64,000 nucleotides of DNA, from positions 32,001-96,000 of the forward strand of contig JAHHIK010000009.1 of NCBI GenBank assembly GCA_019358935.1, read 5' to 3'. Both the position numbers and the translations under genes were made by a program. The notes below the pieces were generated by a model. The model did not search any database. It was not told the DNA's origin and saw nothing but the letters and a program-made list of their open reading frames with translations. This stretch comes from Tolypothrix carrinoi HA7290-LM1. GTDB taxonomy: Bacteria > Cyanobacteriota > Cyanobacteriia > Cyanobacteriales > Nostocaceae. Shown here in pieces: positions 38,634 through 49,483 of the stretch (position 1 is its first letter; every line of letters begins with the position of its first letter).

Positions 38634-41171
38634 TCAAAGTTCTACCCCTCCTCCCACTTTTTTGCGTGGGGGTGCAGGGGCGGCGACTTTTTGTTTTTTG
38701 TATTCCCTAACAACTTGGGTGGGAGTAAACTGCTGTTTGATTTCTTCAGCCCGCCACTGTTGTAAATCCTGCATGATGTCTTTTAGTGGGGTAAATTCTA
38801 TGGTGCTTTCCCCTTGTTTTTGCGCCTCGTTTGTTTTGTGAGTCATAATTTTGAGGTACATTTCTCGTTGATCGGCGATAGGGAGCTTGCCATTGTTATC
38901 TTTAAGCTTTTGCAGGATTTCTTCATTGCCTTGATTCATTGCCCCTCCCCAAGCCGGACCGCCTTTTTTCGTCATCTCTGCCCACTCTTGGGCGATGTAG
39001 GGGTGAACCTGGACAGGGATATCACCTGCACTTTGGATTTGTTGAGGTTGAGGAACCTGCTGGGTGCTCCCTTCTCCTTGGTTAGGTGGTTGTTGCGTCT
39101 GTGCTGTTTGCCCCCCTTCAAATACCTGTTCAAGATTAAGCTTGTTGGCGTTTTGGGCAATAAACTTCACTTGGTTGATGTCATAGTCGCTGATATTCAT
39201 CTTGGCGACCTCTTTTTTTATGCCCTCCTCAGTTTTGGTTAAATCAAATTTGACTAATTCCTGAGTACCCCTTTCCTCGGTCGTTTTAAACAGTTGCAGG
39301 CTGGCTTTTTTCCCTTCAGGGTCGCGGGTGCGTTTAATCGTAAATTCTCCTACGGCAAGTTCATCTTTAAGTGCTACCAAAAGTGTGTTGTTGAGAGTGT
39401 CCAACATTTCGTTTTGTTTGAATACCTCCAAGGTTTTAATAGTACCAGCAGGAGCGAGACTGCCGAGGCTATTTGCCACATCCCGGATGTCTGAAGAACT
39501 TAGATCGGGTAGTTTGCCTTTATCCTGAAGGTGTTCGCCTATTATCAGGAATTCCTGACGTTCGACCCCTAACATTTTAGTAGGCTGTTTGGTGATTTTG
39601 GGTTCTTTATCTCCTTTACCGGGTTTGAACTTCATCAGCGAATTACTCCACCCCTGGAGTTCATCACTGCGGCGATGGATGCTGACGGTATCCCCTTCTT
39701 GCCGAATTATAAAGGCATCACTTCTGTAAATACGAGAACCATCTTGCTCAATGATGCCGTATTTTTTCAACATTTCGGTTGCAGCTTGGGCAATATCTTT
39801 GTTCTCGCCGTTGTAGCGTTCCTTTTCTGTTTGTTTGTTTTTTATCTCGTATACTGGTACTTCTACTTGACGCGCCCATTGTTGCGCTTGTGGTTCTACC
39901 CCCTCGGAGTTGGCTGCTTGTTGGTAAGTGTATTGAGCGGCGTATTGTTCCTCTTCTTCTAAATTTTCTTTTTTGGGAGTTACGCTTGGATTTTCTGAAT
40001 CAACAAATTTCTTTTTATTGGTAACTGTTATTTCATTTGAGGTATAATTTTCCTGATTTTCTACCTCTTCCTGAAGATTATTGATGATAACTTCTTCAAA
40101 GTTATGTTCGGCTGACTCTGCTACAGTTGATAGTGTGGACTCAGAATTTTCAACATTTAAAGGTTGGTTATCTATCTGATTGTTGGGTTCTAGTATAGTG
40201 TTGTCTATTAATTCAACTTCGTAATGATTTTGAGCGATCGCAGTAATTTGCTCATCTTCATCTGGTGGATCATCAAAATCTGGAGGATTGCTAATATCTA
40301 TATTTTCTACAAAGTCAATTGTCTCTTCATCTGGGGGTATATCTTCTACTGTAATAAATTCTACTGACTGAATTTTCTCTGTACTAGCAATTAGCTCTGT
40401 TACATTTTCTTCCAAATAAGTATTATTTAATACTTTTGAAAGCATATCATTTGCTGCTGTCGATATATTGTCAAATTGGCTGCTTTCAATATCAGATGGT
40501 TGGCTGTTCACGTTAGTTTCAGGTTGAAAATTCTCACTCTTTTCTAGAAAATTTTTAGTATCTTGGTAATTTTTAACGATATCAGATGAAGGAGGTAGTA
40601 GCTTTATGAGTGGCTCGTAAGCCACATCCATAATTTCATCTTGGGAGAGATTTTCTGTAATTAAATTTGTTCGACATTTGCCTGATGAATCTTGCTCGTA
40701 AATGACAGTTTTATTGCCTAATTCAGTGTAGGCAGTTATCCTGATAGCTGGTTCATAATCGCTGCTTGAATTTTCACCTAAATCGGGTACATCTTGTACA
40801 ATTCGGGCGGCGAGAGTTTGTGCTTGATAATCGCTAGGTTCGTTGTGTGTCTCAAACTCTATGCTGTACCGTACATTATCCATGTACATATCTGGCATGA
40901 GGATTACTGTGTCTCTACCATCTATCCCCTGGTTTAAATCTACTTTTTCCCATTTGTAAGCCCCAGGGGTAGATTTATCGGGTACGAGGTTGTAGGTATC
41001 TTTGCCAACTTCAATTGCTATTTTATCTGTTTCTTCCCCCTCTTTAAATATTTCTCGAATTTTATTAAAAGTGTCAATCAGGATTTTGGCTAATTCTAAG
41101 GCTGCTTTACCAGTAGTATCAGCCAGTTGAAGATAGTTATCTGCTATTCGTTGTTGCTGAGGGTCAAACAT
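38634..41171 (-). CDS. Large acidic hypothetical protein at the end of the transfer cluster
   Basis: 845 aa; low-complexity acidic middle; basic tail RKKVGGGVEL. Confidence 0.75.
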   Translation of the reverse strand: MFDPQQQRIADNYLQLADTTGKAALELAKILIDTFNKIREIFKEGEETDKIAIEVGKDTYNLVPDKSTPGAYKWEKVDLNQGIDGRDTVILMPDMYMDNVRYSIEFETHNEPSDYQAQTLAARIVQDVPDLGENSSSDYEPAIRITAYTELGNKTVIYEQDSSGKCRTNLITENLSQDEIMDVAYEPLIKLLPPSSDIVKNYQDTKNFLEKSENFQPETNVNSQPSDIESSQFDNISTAANDMLSKVLNNTYLEENVTELIASTEKIQSVEFITVEDIPPDEETIDFVENIDISNPPDFDDPPDEDEQITAIAQNHYEVELIDNTILEPNNQIDNQPLNVENSESTLSTVAESAEHNFEEVIINNLQEEVENQENYTSNEITVTNKKKFVDSENPSVTPKKENLEEEEQYAAQYTYQQAANSEGVEPQAQQWARQVEVPVYEIKNKQTEKERYNGENKDIAQAATEMLKKYGIIEQDGSRIYRSDAFIIRQEGDTVSIHRRSDELQGWSNSLMKFKPGKGDKEPKITKQPTKMLGVERQEFLIIGEHLQDKGKLPDLSSSDIRDVANSLGSLAPAGTIKTLEVFKQNEMLDTLNNTLLVALKDELAVGEFTIKRTRDPEGKKASLQLFKTTEERGTQELVKFDLTKTEEGIKKEVAKMNISDYDINQVKFIAQNANKLNLEQVFEGGQTAQTQQPPNQGEGSTQQVPQPQQIQSAGDIPVQVHPYIAQEWAEMTKKGGPAWGGAMNQGNEEILQKLKDNNGKLPIADQREMYLKIMTHKTNEAQKQGESTIEFTPLKDIMQDLQQWRAEEIKQQFTPTQVVREYKKQKVAAPAPPRKKVGGGVEL

Positions 41172-41434
41172 GGTGGTGTTGGAAACCTATCGATAAGTAT
41201 TGAATTTTGATATTTAACGAACACTAATTGATTATCAAATCTGATGATTAGTAATGATGGTTTAGCACCAGTTTGGTAAAAAATATCGCAATAAATATTA
41301 TTTTGGCTATTGCGGTTGTAATGGTAAACTAGGATATTGTCGAAATAATGTTCTTCCACATCAGGTGGAAATTGATAATTCCATTTCGGGAAAATTTGAT
41401 ATTTATTAATTTCTTTTATTATCTCTTTATTCAT
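41144..41434 (-). CDS. Hypothetical protein
   Basis: 96 aa; starts 8 nt after the coupling-protein stop and overlaps the next gene. Confidence 0.5.
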   Translation of the reverse strand: MNKEIIKEINKYQIFPKWNYQFPPDVEEHYFDNILVYHYNRNSQNNIYCDIFYQTGAKPSLLIIRFDNQLVFVKYQNSILIDRFPTPPCLTLSNNE

Positions 41435-41442
41435 TATGTTTA

Positions 41443-43212
41443 TTATTTAAAAAAATCGGCATAACTGTCTACAGGTAATGGTGAATTCCCAGCCTGTACG
41501 GGCGCTTGGGGAATGGGGAAACGCTTATCTACTTCTTTTACTCTGAGATCTAAATCTTCTTGAGTAGGTCGTTTTTGGGTGCTTTTCCGTGCTAACTGCT
41601 TGATAAGCTTGTCCCAATTGTTTCCGTTTTCTTCCTCCAAGCCAATCAAATATTTTGATACTTTAATAGTCTTTAATAGGGGTACAGAACCTTCCTTTTT
41701 ATTATCATAACCAGGGTTAATAAATACACATTTACCAGGTGGCAATTTGAGGAATTGGGCAGGTTCAAAAAGCTTGCGAGTTTTTTCCTGGTCGGAGATA
41801 GATGTTGAAGCTTTGCCCCCTCCAGTTGACCGGGATTTTTGTTTGTAGCTGATTTCCTCTTCACCTAAATAAGCACTAAAAAGCCTTGCAGATTCCTCTT
41901 CCCCAGGATTAAATACAAACTTGGTACCGCACGCACCAAGGATTGCTTTTGAGATTTCCTTGCCGTAAATTTTTTCCAACTGACCCATGTTTTGCCATCC
42001 GAGGATTCCACAGAATCCTTCAGAACGCGACTCGTTAAGCCATTTAAACAAGTCTGGTAAAAAAATTGACGGTAGTTCGTCAACGCTAACCACAAGTGGA
42101 CCAGAATATTTCCTCTTTTTGGCAATACTGCGAGCGACGGTCATGTGTAAAATAGAAGTCATGAGTGGACCTACTGCGTCGCGGCGTTCGCGGTCGAGTC
42201 CAAAGATAATCATCTGTTTTTTACCTACCTCTAGTGGTAAGGTGGTCTCACCGATAAAACAGCCCAAAGTGTTCTTAGCCATGAATCTCGTAAACATGAG
42301 CGATGCGGTACCGGCGATACCTGCGATGGTTTTCTCCGATCCGCTAGAGCTAAATAACTGACCAAAAGCTATTCTTATCCAAGGGTTGAGGCTCGCAGCC
42401 ATCAAACGTTCGACCATCTTTTCACTCGATAGAACTGCTGCTGCGGTCATGATATCGGCGAACTCGCCAAACTCCTTGGTGAGCATGAGGATTGCCTGGG
42501 TGAGTTGATCCCCCGCAGGTCCAAAAAATGCGTCCTCATTGGCGCCTCCCAACATCCGGAAGTTTTTATTTATCACAGTTGCAAGCTGACGTGCGGTTTC
42601 AGCATCGCTACTGTCGCGCAAGAAATCAATGGGGTTGCATACCTCCGATTCGGGGAATCCTGGCGCAAAGACGTGTACTTCATACCCCTTTGATTTAGCA
42701 TAAGAAGCGATTTTGGCTTGTGAGGGGTATTTAAAATCGTATAGTACAATACCAAATCCTTGGTCAATTGCTGAATATAGCATGGGGTTGATTGCCGAAA
42801 AAGATTTACCGCTACCGGGTGCCCCAATGACGGCTGTACCTCTTTGAACATCAGGCACGTACATGGGTGTTCCCCCACTCCCCTTTGGTAGTTTTTGACC
42901 TTTATATTTATGTACTCCAATATACAAACTAGCCGAATCGCATTTGGGGGAAGTGACTTGCTTGATAGCCTTTTTCTTGGCGCGGTTTGTTTCTTGACCC
43001 CCACCCCAATAGCTAGTGGCAAGTTTGCCTTTTTTGCCTCCAGAAAACATCTGTAAGAGAAATAGTCCTAATATCCCCCCGGCGAGTGCTAGTCCTTGGG
43101 GAGACATCAGTTGGTTGGTATATTTGCTGAAGTCATAGCCAGACGAAGGTAAGGATTCTGTAGCAGTTTGAACTTTAGTGCTTGGGGTTTGAGCTAGGTA
43201 TAAATTATTCAT
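41443..43212 (-). CDS. virD4: Type IV coupling protein (VirD4/TraD-like)
   Basis: N-terminal TM segment, GAPGSGKS, YDFK, VDELP, RSEG...WQN..QL...YG. Confidence 0.9.
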   Translation of the reverse strand: MNNLYLAQTPSTKVQTATESLPSSGYDFSKYTNQLMSPQGLALAGGILGLFLLQMFSGGKKGKLATSYWGGGQETNRAKKKAIKQVTSPKCDSASLYIGVHKYKGQKLPKGSGGTPMYVPDVQRGTAVIGAPGSGKSFSAINPMLYSAIDQGFGIVLYDFKYPSQAKIASYAKSKGYEVHVFAPGFPESEVCNPIDFLRDSSDAETARQLATVINKNFRMLGGANEDAFFGPAGDQLTQAILMLTKEFGEFADIMTAAAVLSSEKMVERLMAASLNPWIRIAFGQLFSSSGSEKTIAGIAGTASLMFTRFMAKNTLGCFIGETTLPLEVGKKQMIIFGLDRERRDAVGPLMTSILHMTVARSIAKKRKYSGPLVVSVDELPSIFLPDLFKWLNESRSEGFCGILGWQNMGQLEKIYGKEISKAILGACGTKFVFNPGEEESARLFSAYLGEEEISYKQKSRSTGGGKASTSISDQEKTRKLFEPAQFLKLPPGKCVFINPGYDNKKEGSVPLLKTIKVSKYLIGLEEENGNNWDKLIKQLARKSTQKRPTQEDLDLRVKEVDKRFPIPQAPVQAGNSPLPVDSYADFFK

Positions 43213-43289
43213 ATTTACTAAAAATTGGTATGAAGAAATATACTTTTGGATTGCATATTTCTCCTTGTGGTGTTAAAGGTCGGTGAGTG

Positions 43290-44870
43290 TCAAAGAGTTG
43301 GTTTTTTAGGCACTGTGAGGGGTGTGCCTAAAATAATTGAGTCCATCTCGCTATAGTTTAAGAATGGAACAGGACCGATAAAGTAGGGCGTGCAGGTGCG
43401 ACCAACGAAGGGGATCGTTTTGCAGAAACGGAAGAACATCGCAGTAGTTATACTTCCGTCAGCTTCGTTGACATCCCAGATAACTTGTTTGAATGATTTA
43501 CCGAAGGGATGTCTTCCGGTTGGTTCTTTCCCGCCGTTAACACCACCGAGAATACCGAATCCACCCTTGACTTTTTGGAACTTGCCTGACATCCATGCCG
43601 CACCAGTTAGGTTATCGTTTCCAGCTACTTCGATGTGGGCGCATTTTTTGTTGTAGCAGGGGACGTTAAATCCTTCTTGCTCGCTACCCGATATTGATTT
43701 CCACCTGCCGTTTTCTACCTCTTTAAGTACCACATCCACCTTACCGATAAAGCTGGTATCGGGTACGGGTACTCCAGGTAACTGGTCAAATGGTACTTTT
43801 CCCAATCCCGGAACCTTGCCGATAATAGTATTTTCCCAGTTGTTAAACTTTTTGAGGGCGGCTTTATCGATACCGGGAATGCTGGTGAGTTTGTATTTAT
43901 CAAGTTTGAGGTATTTGCCAAGTTCGGCGGTTTCAAGTTTGGGGTAACTTTCGAGTGCTTCTCCTACAGTCAAGCTGCTTGTTGCATCCCCTGTCACTTT
44001 ACTAACTAAATCATCAATTGCTGGAATATCGGCAACTTCTAATTTGGATAATCCTGGGATAGCTGAAGCTAAATCGCCGAGTGACTGCCACTTAAGTGTC
44101 TCAAAGTCTGATAGTTTGAGATTTTTGAGGCTGGTATCCGTTATTTTTGAGATTTGACTGAGGTTAAGATTTTCGATTTTGAATTCTGTTGCCTCAAAAT
44201 CTCCCAACTGCATTACCTCAGCAAGTGACTGTCCCGCGTTCCAAACACGCTTTCCTTTGAGTTTTAAGTCTTTAATGTTAGGAAATTCGACTTCCCCTGC
44301 ACTTGAAAACTTCATGCTATCAAAGTTAATCTTGCTCCAGTCAGGGACAGGCATCCCATTGATATACTTGACCGCAAGGAGTTGTTTTTTCGGTGTTTTA
44401 GCTTGTTTGCTCGAATGATTCAAATTTGAATCATTCGGGGAGAGGTTTACCGAAGTGTTCCCGAAGTACCCTGCTCTAAGCCGCTTTGCCTCTAGTGCTG
44501 GAGGGAGTATAGAACCAGCAACTTCTCTCAAATTTGAAACATTTGTTGGTGTAGCTGCGACAGCTTTATTCTCAAATACGAGACTGCCGATATTGTAGCT
44601 ACCCCCGAATCTAATTAACCCGTGGAGGGCGAGTCCTGCCACCATACCAGCAGCCATGAGGTAGCGCCATACATTCATCTTTGTAGTGCGCCATTGATAC
44701 CCCTTACTTGGTTCATTTTTAGGAGGGTTGTAATTCGTGGTTGTAACTGGAACAATGGCGACTATCTCCGAGTTAACTTGGATGGCGCTAGTCTGCGGGT
44801 GGATTGCTTCTGTTGTAATATTTATTACTTTAAATGTTGGATTATCTGTTAAAAAATCTTTGGTTTCCAT
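43290..44870 (-). CDS. Conjugation cluster exported protein (MPF_C accessory)
   Basis: Hydrophobic segment, L..IPGL repeats, SISGS..GF.VPC, EPTGRHPFG; located within the T4SS cluster. Confidence 0.65.
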   Translation of the reverse strand: METKDFLTDNPTFKVINITTEAIHPQTSAIQVNSEIVAIVPVTTTNYNPPKNEPSKGYQWRTTKMNVWRYLMAAGMVAGLALHGLIRFGGSYNIGSLVFENKAVAATPTNVSNLREVAGSILPPALEAKRLRAGYFGNTSVNLSPNDSNLNHSSKQAKTPKKQLLAVKYINGMPVPDWSKINFDSMKFSSAGEVEFPNIKDLKLKGKRVWNAGQSLAEVMQLGDFEATEFKIENLNLSQISKITDTSLKNLKLSDFETLKWQSLGDLASAIPGLSKLEVADIPAIDDLVSKVTGDATSSLTVGEALESYPKLETAELGKYLKLDKYKLTSIPGIDKAALKKFNNWENTIIGKVPGLGKVPFDQLPGVPVPDTSFIGKVDVVLKEVENGRWKSISGSEQEGFNVPCYNKKCAHIEVAGNDNLTGAAWMSGKFQKVKGGFGILGGVNGGKEPTGRHPFGKSFKQVIWDVNEADGSITTAMFFRFCKTIPFVGRTCTPYFIGPVPFLNYSEMDSIILGTPLTVPKKPTL

Positions 44871-44950
44871 AATCTTTACTACTTTTCAACAACTAGGTTT
44901 TCTGGTGTAGGTTGAGTATTATTTGTTTCTACTGGTTTGGGAGGGGCATC

Positions 44951-45688
44951 TCAAAATAAGCGTTTTCCACCCATAAGCATGAGCTTTTCAACTAATTTCA
45001 TCGATACCCCGGTGTTGGTTGCAGCGATGGTGAGTTCTTCACCAGTGCGTCGCAACTCGACTAGTTTGGTTAATCTTTCCCACAGTGGGGTATTGCTGTT
45101 TATCCACTGTTTGTCAAGTGCAACCTGCATTCCTTTGGCGATATATTTGCTATCAGATACGGCAGTGTAATCAGATGAAGGTTTTTCTGGTTCCCGGTTA
45201 TTGCTTGAGTCACCTATAATTTCTAGTTGGCTGTATTCGGGTTTTCCACTGCCTGGTATGATTTGGAAATGATAAGATTTTTTATTACCTCCAGATTCAG
45301 TAATTACTGTCAGGTGCGAACCATAATTAGCTTGTGGCAATCCAGGTATTTTGACTGTTTCGATACGGCGGAGATGAATAAGTCCTGCTCCAGTTCCTTC
45401 GGACGAACATTTTCCCAATCCTTCCAAACAGCCATCTACGTCAATTACAAATTTGGAGGGGTCATCCAACCAGATTTTTTTAATAACTTCCCCGGTGCGG
45501 TAAAACGAAATTGATACTCCATGTCCGTTCCAAACCTTGACGGTTTGTAGTTGGGCGGTTTCTCCCGATACCATGTATGCTTCTATTTGACGGACAATAC
45601 CTGCTGTCGCACTTTGTATAGGTAGTACAGGCAGCGCGATCGCCCAAGATAAAAGTAAGCTGAAACTGAATAAATATTTAGCTACCAT
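44951..45688 (-). CDS. T4SS secreted component (VirB9-like by position)
   Basis: Signal peptide; IKKIWLDDPS; adjacent to the VirB10-like gene. Confidence 0.55.
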   Translation of the reverse strand: MVAKYLFSFSLLLSWAIALPVLPIQSATAGIVRQIEAYMVSGETAQLQTVKVWNGHGVSISFYRTGEVIKKIWLDDPSKFVIDVDGCLEGLGKCSSEGTGAGLIHLRRIETVKIPGLPQANYGSHLTVITESGGNKKSYHFQIIPGSGKPEYSQLEIIGDSSNNREPEKPSSDYTAVSDSKYIAKGMQVALDKQWINSNTPLWERLTKLVELRRTGEELTIAATNTGVSMKLVEKLMLMGGKRLF

Positions 45689-45697
45689 GACGGTTTG

Positions 45698-47437
45698 TTA
45701 CAGTTTGATGGAGCGATTGACGAGAATAGAGATTTTGGTGTAAGCAGGTATATACCAGATGTTTGGACGGCTGGTAATTTCACTAGTAGCTTGTTGGGTG
45801 CGGCTTGTAATGGTTTCCGATAGCTTGCCAAAAGCGCCTTCTAAAAATGCACCTGTGATATTGCGATTATTTCCTGTGGTGCGCGTGCGGCTGCCACCGA
45901 AGGGGAGGTCTTCTGTGGTTTGGTCTTGTCTGTTGATTATTTCTCCTACTTTTGCAAGTCCCGCGATAGTGCCAAGAGTGGTATCAAAAAGAGCGATTTC
46001 TCCTCCCTTATCTTTGTAGGGACGGGCGATGAGGGGGTTATTACCTTTACCTAGAATTGAGATTGCGCCGGGGGAGATGGGATATTCAGTACCATCTTTA
46101 AGTATTGCAATTACTTCAGCGGTGATATTAAATCCACTATCAACAGAGACAAGTGCGATCGCAACTTGCGTACCAGCACTTAGGGCTATTCCACCTGTGT
46201 TGCTTTTGATTGGTTCATCCAAACGGGCTACAAATCTGAGGTTGCTGTTTGTGCTGCCTTGAGTAAGTATTAAAGGAGTAACTAAGGTAGCGCTTGTGGA
46301 AGAACCTACTACTAAATATTGGGTTTGTCTTTCCTCTAAAATTTGGGCTTCTTCAGTTAGGTAATTAATAGAACTAAGTTGGGCTTGCTTGCTTTTAGAA
46401 GTAGTAAACTCGACAGCATTAGTTGGTTCCCATCGGGGGCGCAGTTCTTCAACTTCCCCTGTGTTGTTGGGTGTACTGTTAGGTGTAATATCGACTGTAT
46501 TTTCACCGCGACGGTTGCGGCGGCGGGGTGTTTCATCTTTATAAACTTCCTCTTCTGTTCTACTGCTAGCAATAGTAGTGCTGTCAGTATTGTTACCATA
46601 TTCAACTCGACCGACATTACCCAGACTGCGGAGGCGTTCGAGTTCGGCTAGGGGGTCTTTCTGTGTTTCTGTACGACTCTCGCTGGATGATGGTACTGCT
46701 TTTGTGGTTTTGCTACTTACCGGAAGAGTTATTTTTGGTAAAGTTGTAGTGGGGCGTAAGGGTTCGACGGGACGGGACGCAAGGACTGCACTGCGTGTTG
46801 GTCTGTTGTATTCAGTTTCAGGATTTGGTTCCCGGTATACACGGTAGCTGCGCGGAGGGGGAGGTGTTTCTTGAGATGTGACCCTAGCTTGAGTTGTCGT
46901 AGACAAAGCGGGAGTGCTGGCGTTAGGAATTTGTTTTTTACTGTTTTTACCGTCTGGAGTTTCTTCCCTTTCAGTATTATTTCCTTTGGTTTCTTTCTCT
47001 TTACCGTTGAGTGTTTCAAGTTCTTGCTGTTGCTTTTGGAGAGCTAGTTTTGCATAAGCATCCCCGTCCTTTTCTTCAAATGGTGCGGATGTAGGAGTAT
47101 TACTGGGAGTAGCAATTGGAGTTTGAGCAGTGTTGCTGCCACCGTTGATCATGCTGTTGAGGACGACAAACATAAGTACAAAACCTACTCCAAATGCACC
47201 CCCAATAATGCCGAGTCTCGACCAGGGAGAGGTTACAAAATCGTGTTTGGTTTGAACGGCTGCGGGATTTTCCTCATCATCTTCTGTTGATTCTTTTTCT
47301 AATTCATTTTCACATTCAGTTGGTTTAACTCTATCTTCATCGAGTGGTAAAAGTGCATCAACAGAGTTATCTTGATTTAAATTATCGTTATTACTAATAA
47401 TCGTTTCTTGATTTTCGTCGGGAAAATTTAGTGCCAT
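45698..47437 (-). CDS. TrbI/VirB10-like T4SS core protein
   Basis: Single TM segment, long Pro/Thr/Ser-rich linker, C-terminal beta domain ending WYIPAYTKISILVN. Confidence 0.7.
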   Translation of the reverse strand: MALNFPDENQETIISNNDNLNQDNSVDALLPLDEDRVKPTECENELEKESTEDDEENPAAVQTKHDFVTSPWSRLGIIGGAFGVGFVLMFVVLNSMINGGSNTAQTPIATPSNTPTSAPFEEKDGDAYAKLALQKQQQELETLNGKEKETKGNNTEREETPDGKNSKKQIPNASTPALSTTTQARVTSQETPPPPRSYRVYREPNPETEYNRPTRSAVLASRPVEPLRPTTTLPKITLPVSSKTTKAVPSSSESRTETQKDPLAELERLRSLGNVGRVEYGNNTDSTTIASSRTEEEVYKDETPRRRNRRGENTVDITPNSTPNNTGEVEELRPRWEPTNAVEFTTSKSKQAQLSSINYLTEEAQILEERQTQYLVVGSSTSATLVTPLILTQGSTNSNLRFVARLDEPIKSNTGGIALSAGTQVAIALVSVDSGFNITAEVIAILKDGTEYPISPGAISILGKGNNPLIARPYKDKGGEIALFDTTLGTIAGLAKVGEIINRQDQTTEDLPFGGSRTRTTGNNRNITGAFLEGAFGKLSETITSRTQQATSEITSRPNIWYIPAYTKISILVNRSIKL

Positions 47438-47475
47438 ATATTACAACTTAATTGCTACAAGCTTTAATGAAATTA

Positions 47476-48258
47476 TTATTTTCTCTTTTTCCCAAGTTCG
47501 TAATCTACGATTTGGGTTATTTCTAAACCAGACATTTTAGCTTGATAAATTTTTTTGGCTATTTCACTAGTTTCGGGTGGGTTTTGGGGGCTATCTATTG
47601 CTGCTACGGTAATTGTTTTGTTGAAGGTAATGCCTTTACTTAGATTTCTTTCACCGTTGAATGTGACTAAATTACCGATAACATCAACTTCCCATTTCCC
47701 ATGTTCGATTTTACGTGGTTTGGAGACAAAGTTGGTTACAAGAGTGACTGTACCTTTTCCGGAAAGTATACCTTCAGGGATTGTTTCTGCTAGTTTTTTG
47801 AGGAAGCTGGCGCGGAAATCTTGATTTTCAGATAGTGTGAAAGCCCCTGACCAAACATCAGTGGGGATTTTTCTTCTAGCCCCATTTACCATTTCAATTT
47901 CTATTCCTTTATCTACTTTTTGAACGAGATTTCCATTATCGTCTTCATTGATAACTCCATCCCAGTTGAATAATTTAATTAAGCTATTAGTAACAAAATC
48001 ATTGATAACTTTGTCAGTTCTTTCTCCAGGAGCAACACTTTTGATAGTTTTGGTACTTCCATTTTCTAACTGGACAAATGTCATAGCTTTCATATATCTG
48101 TTATTAGCAGAAGTTGCCCCAAAATTGATAAATTGTAATAGAAGAGAGAGGATGCCAGAGAAGGCGCCTAATGTAGTTGCGATTGCGACTGGTGCTGATG
48201 TAGATTGTCCGTAACTGAGTAGGCGAAGCGGTTGTGATTTTGGTTTAAATTTGAGCAT
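47476..48258 (-). CDS. T4SS bitopic inner-membrane protein (VirB8-like)
   Basis: N-terminal TM segment, FVQLENG, FV...L..LFNW. Confidence 0.55.
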   Translation of the reverse strand: MLKFKPKSQPLRLLSYGQSTSAPVAIATTLGAFSGILSLLLQFINFGATSANNRYMKAMTFVQLENGSTKTIKSVAPGERTDKVINDFVTNSLIKLFNWDGVINEDDNGNLVQKVDKGIEIEMVNGARRKIPTDVWSGAFTLSENQDFRASFLKKLAETIPEGILSGKGTVTLVTNFVSKPRKIEHGKWEVDVIGNLVTFNGERNLSKGITFNKTITVAAIDSPQNPPETSEIAKKIYQAKMSGLEITQIVDYELGKKRK

Positions 48259-48264
48259 TGTTGA

Positions 48265-49413
48265 TTATTTTTTTCTTACTTTTGCAGCGACAAATTTTGT
48301 GGCATTTACGCCTACTGTTGCTGCTGTGCTTGCTCCGGCTGTAGCGATTGGAGCTGCAACTTGAGATCCAAACGATGCGGCTTTACCCAATCCTGACCAA
48401 ACAGCAAGTCCGCCGCCAGCCGCCAGAGATGATGCCAGGATAGGAGAAACCAACCCAACGAAAAGAAGAAATATCATTGGCTGGTTTTGCTCGGAATTTG
48501 CAATCAGTTGTCCGCACAAACCAATAATGATGTTGAAGCAAAGTTTTGCGATGCCGACTGAAAAATAGCCAGTCAACCAGGCAAAAATTGGTTTAGCGCC
48601 AAACGGGAGTAATGAACCACCCACTGCAAGCGGACCGAGAAGGGCAGTTAACAGCATCGTAAATTCAATGCCCCACTGGTAGGCATTATTTAGGGCAAGT
48701 AATATGACGGCGACAAAACCAGTTATCATTGAGCCGATGGTACTGGTGATTGTGTTACCGACTTTTTCTATCACTTGACCGGGAGAAAGATTTGAGAGTG
48801 CGTCTTTAGCGTCGGATAGGGACTTAAGGGGGTTAAATTCCCAACTTCCTTCGCTAGGTGCTTCTCCCTTAAATAAGCCTGGTGCAGACTTTTTGATTTC
48901 AAGTTCGGCTTGTTGGAGACAAGCGATCGCATCACCAGTACCACCCGGAATCGACCGACATCTTTCCATCGCGCCTCCGACTTGCTGTTGAAGGGCGATA
49001 TTTCCAACTGCGCGGTTGAATGCTACCTCAAGGTTTGCTCCTGCGGCTGTAAAATTGAGTACATCGTTGTTGACGTTATTGATATACCCTCTGATTGTAA
49101 GGGTTCCGCTTCTAAGTAGGGTGCCGTTGTTTGCCAACAATCCAATGACTATGATGGGCCATATCCAACTTGATAACGCCTTCATGTCTTCTTGGTTGAT
49201 GAAGTTTTTACCAAGTTCCACCATATATAGAGTGAGGGTGGCGAGGGCGAAAAACTGACCGACCTTACACATTGCACCATATAAATTTCCGTTGAGGGTT
49301 TCTTGCCAGAGTTCGTTAAACCCCTCAGCTACTAGTTGCGCTCCCCCGGCGGCGTTTTCGAGGATATCTTGTCCAAAATATGGGTCAGTGGCAATTATCA
49401 GATGGTCTAACAT
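48265..49413 (-). CDS. Polytopic T4SS membrane protein (VirB6/TrbL-like)
   Basis: Multiple TM helices, LLGPLAVGGSLLP, Gly/Ala-rich tail. Confidence 0.7.
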   Translation of the reverse strand: MLDHLIIATDPYFGQDILENAAGGAQLVAEGFNELWQETLNGNLYGAMCKVGQFFALATLTLYMVELGKNFINQEDMKALSSWIWPIIVIGLLANNGTLLRSGTLTIRGYINNVNNDVLNFTAAGANLEVAFNRAVGNIALQQQVGGAMERCRSIPGGTGDAIACLQQAELEIKKSAPGLFKGEAPSEGSWEFNPLKSLSDAKDALSNLSPGQVIEKVGNTITSTIGSMITGFVAVILLALNNAYQWGIEFTMLLTALLGPLAVGGSLLPFGAKPIFAWLTGYFSVGIAKLCFNIIIGLCGQLIANSEQNQPMIFLLFVGLVSPILASSLAAGGGLAVWSGLGKAASFGSQVAAPIATAGASTAATVGVNATKFVAAKVRKK

Positions 49414-49483
49414 GGGCACTTGTGTTATACCGTTTGTAGGGAGCCATCTCTGCAATCAGAGATGACTAATTGATTAAAGAAAA

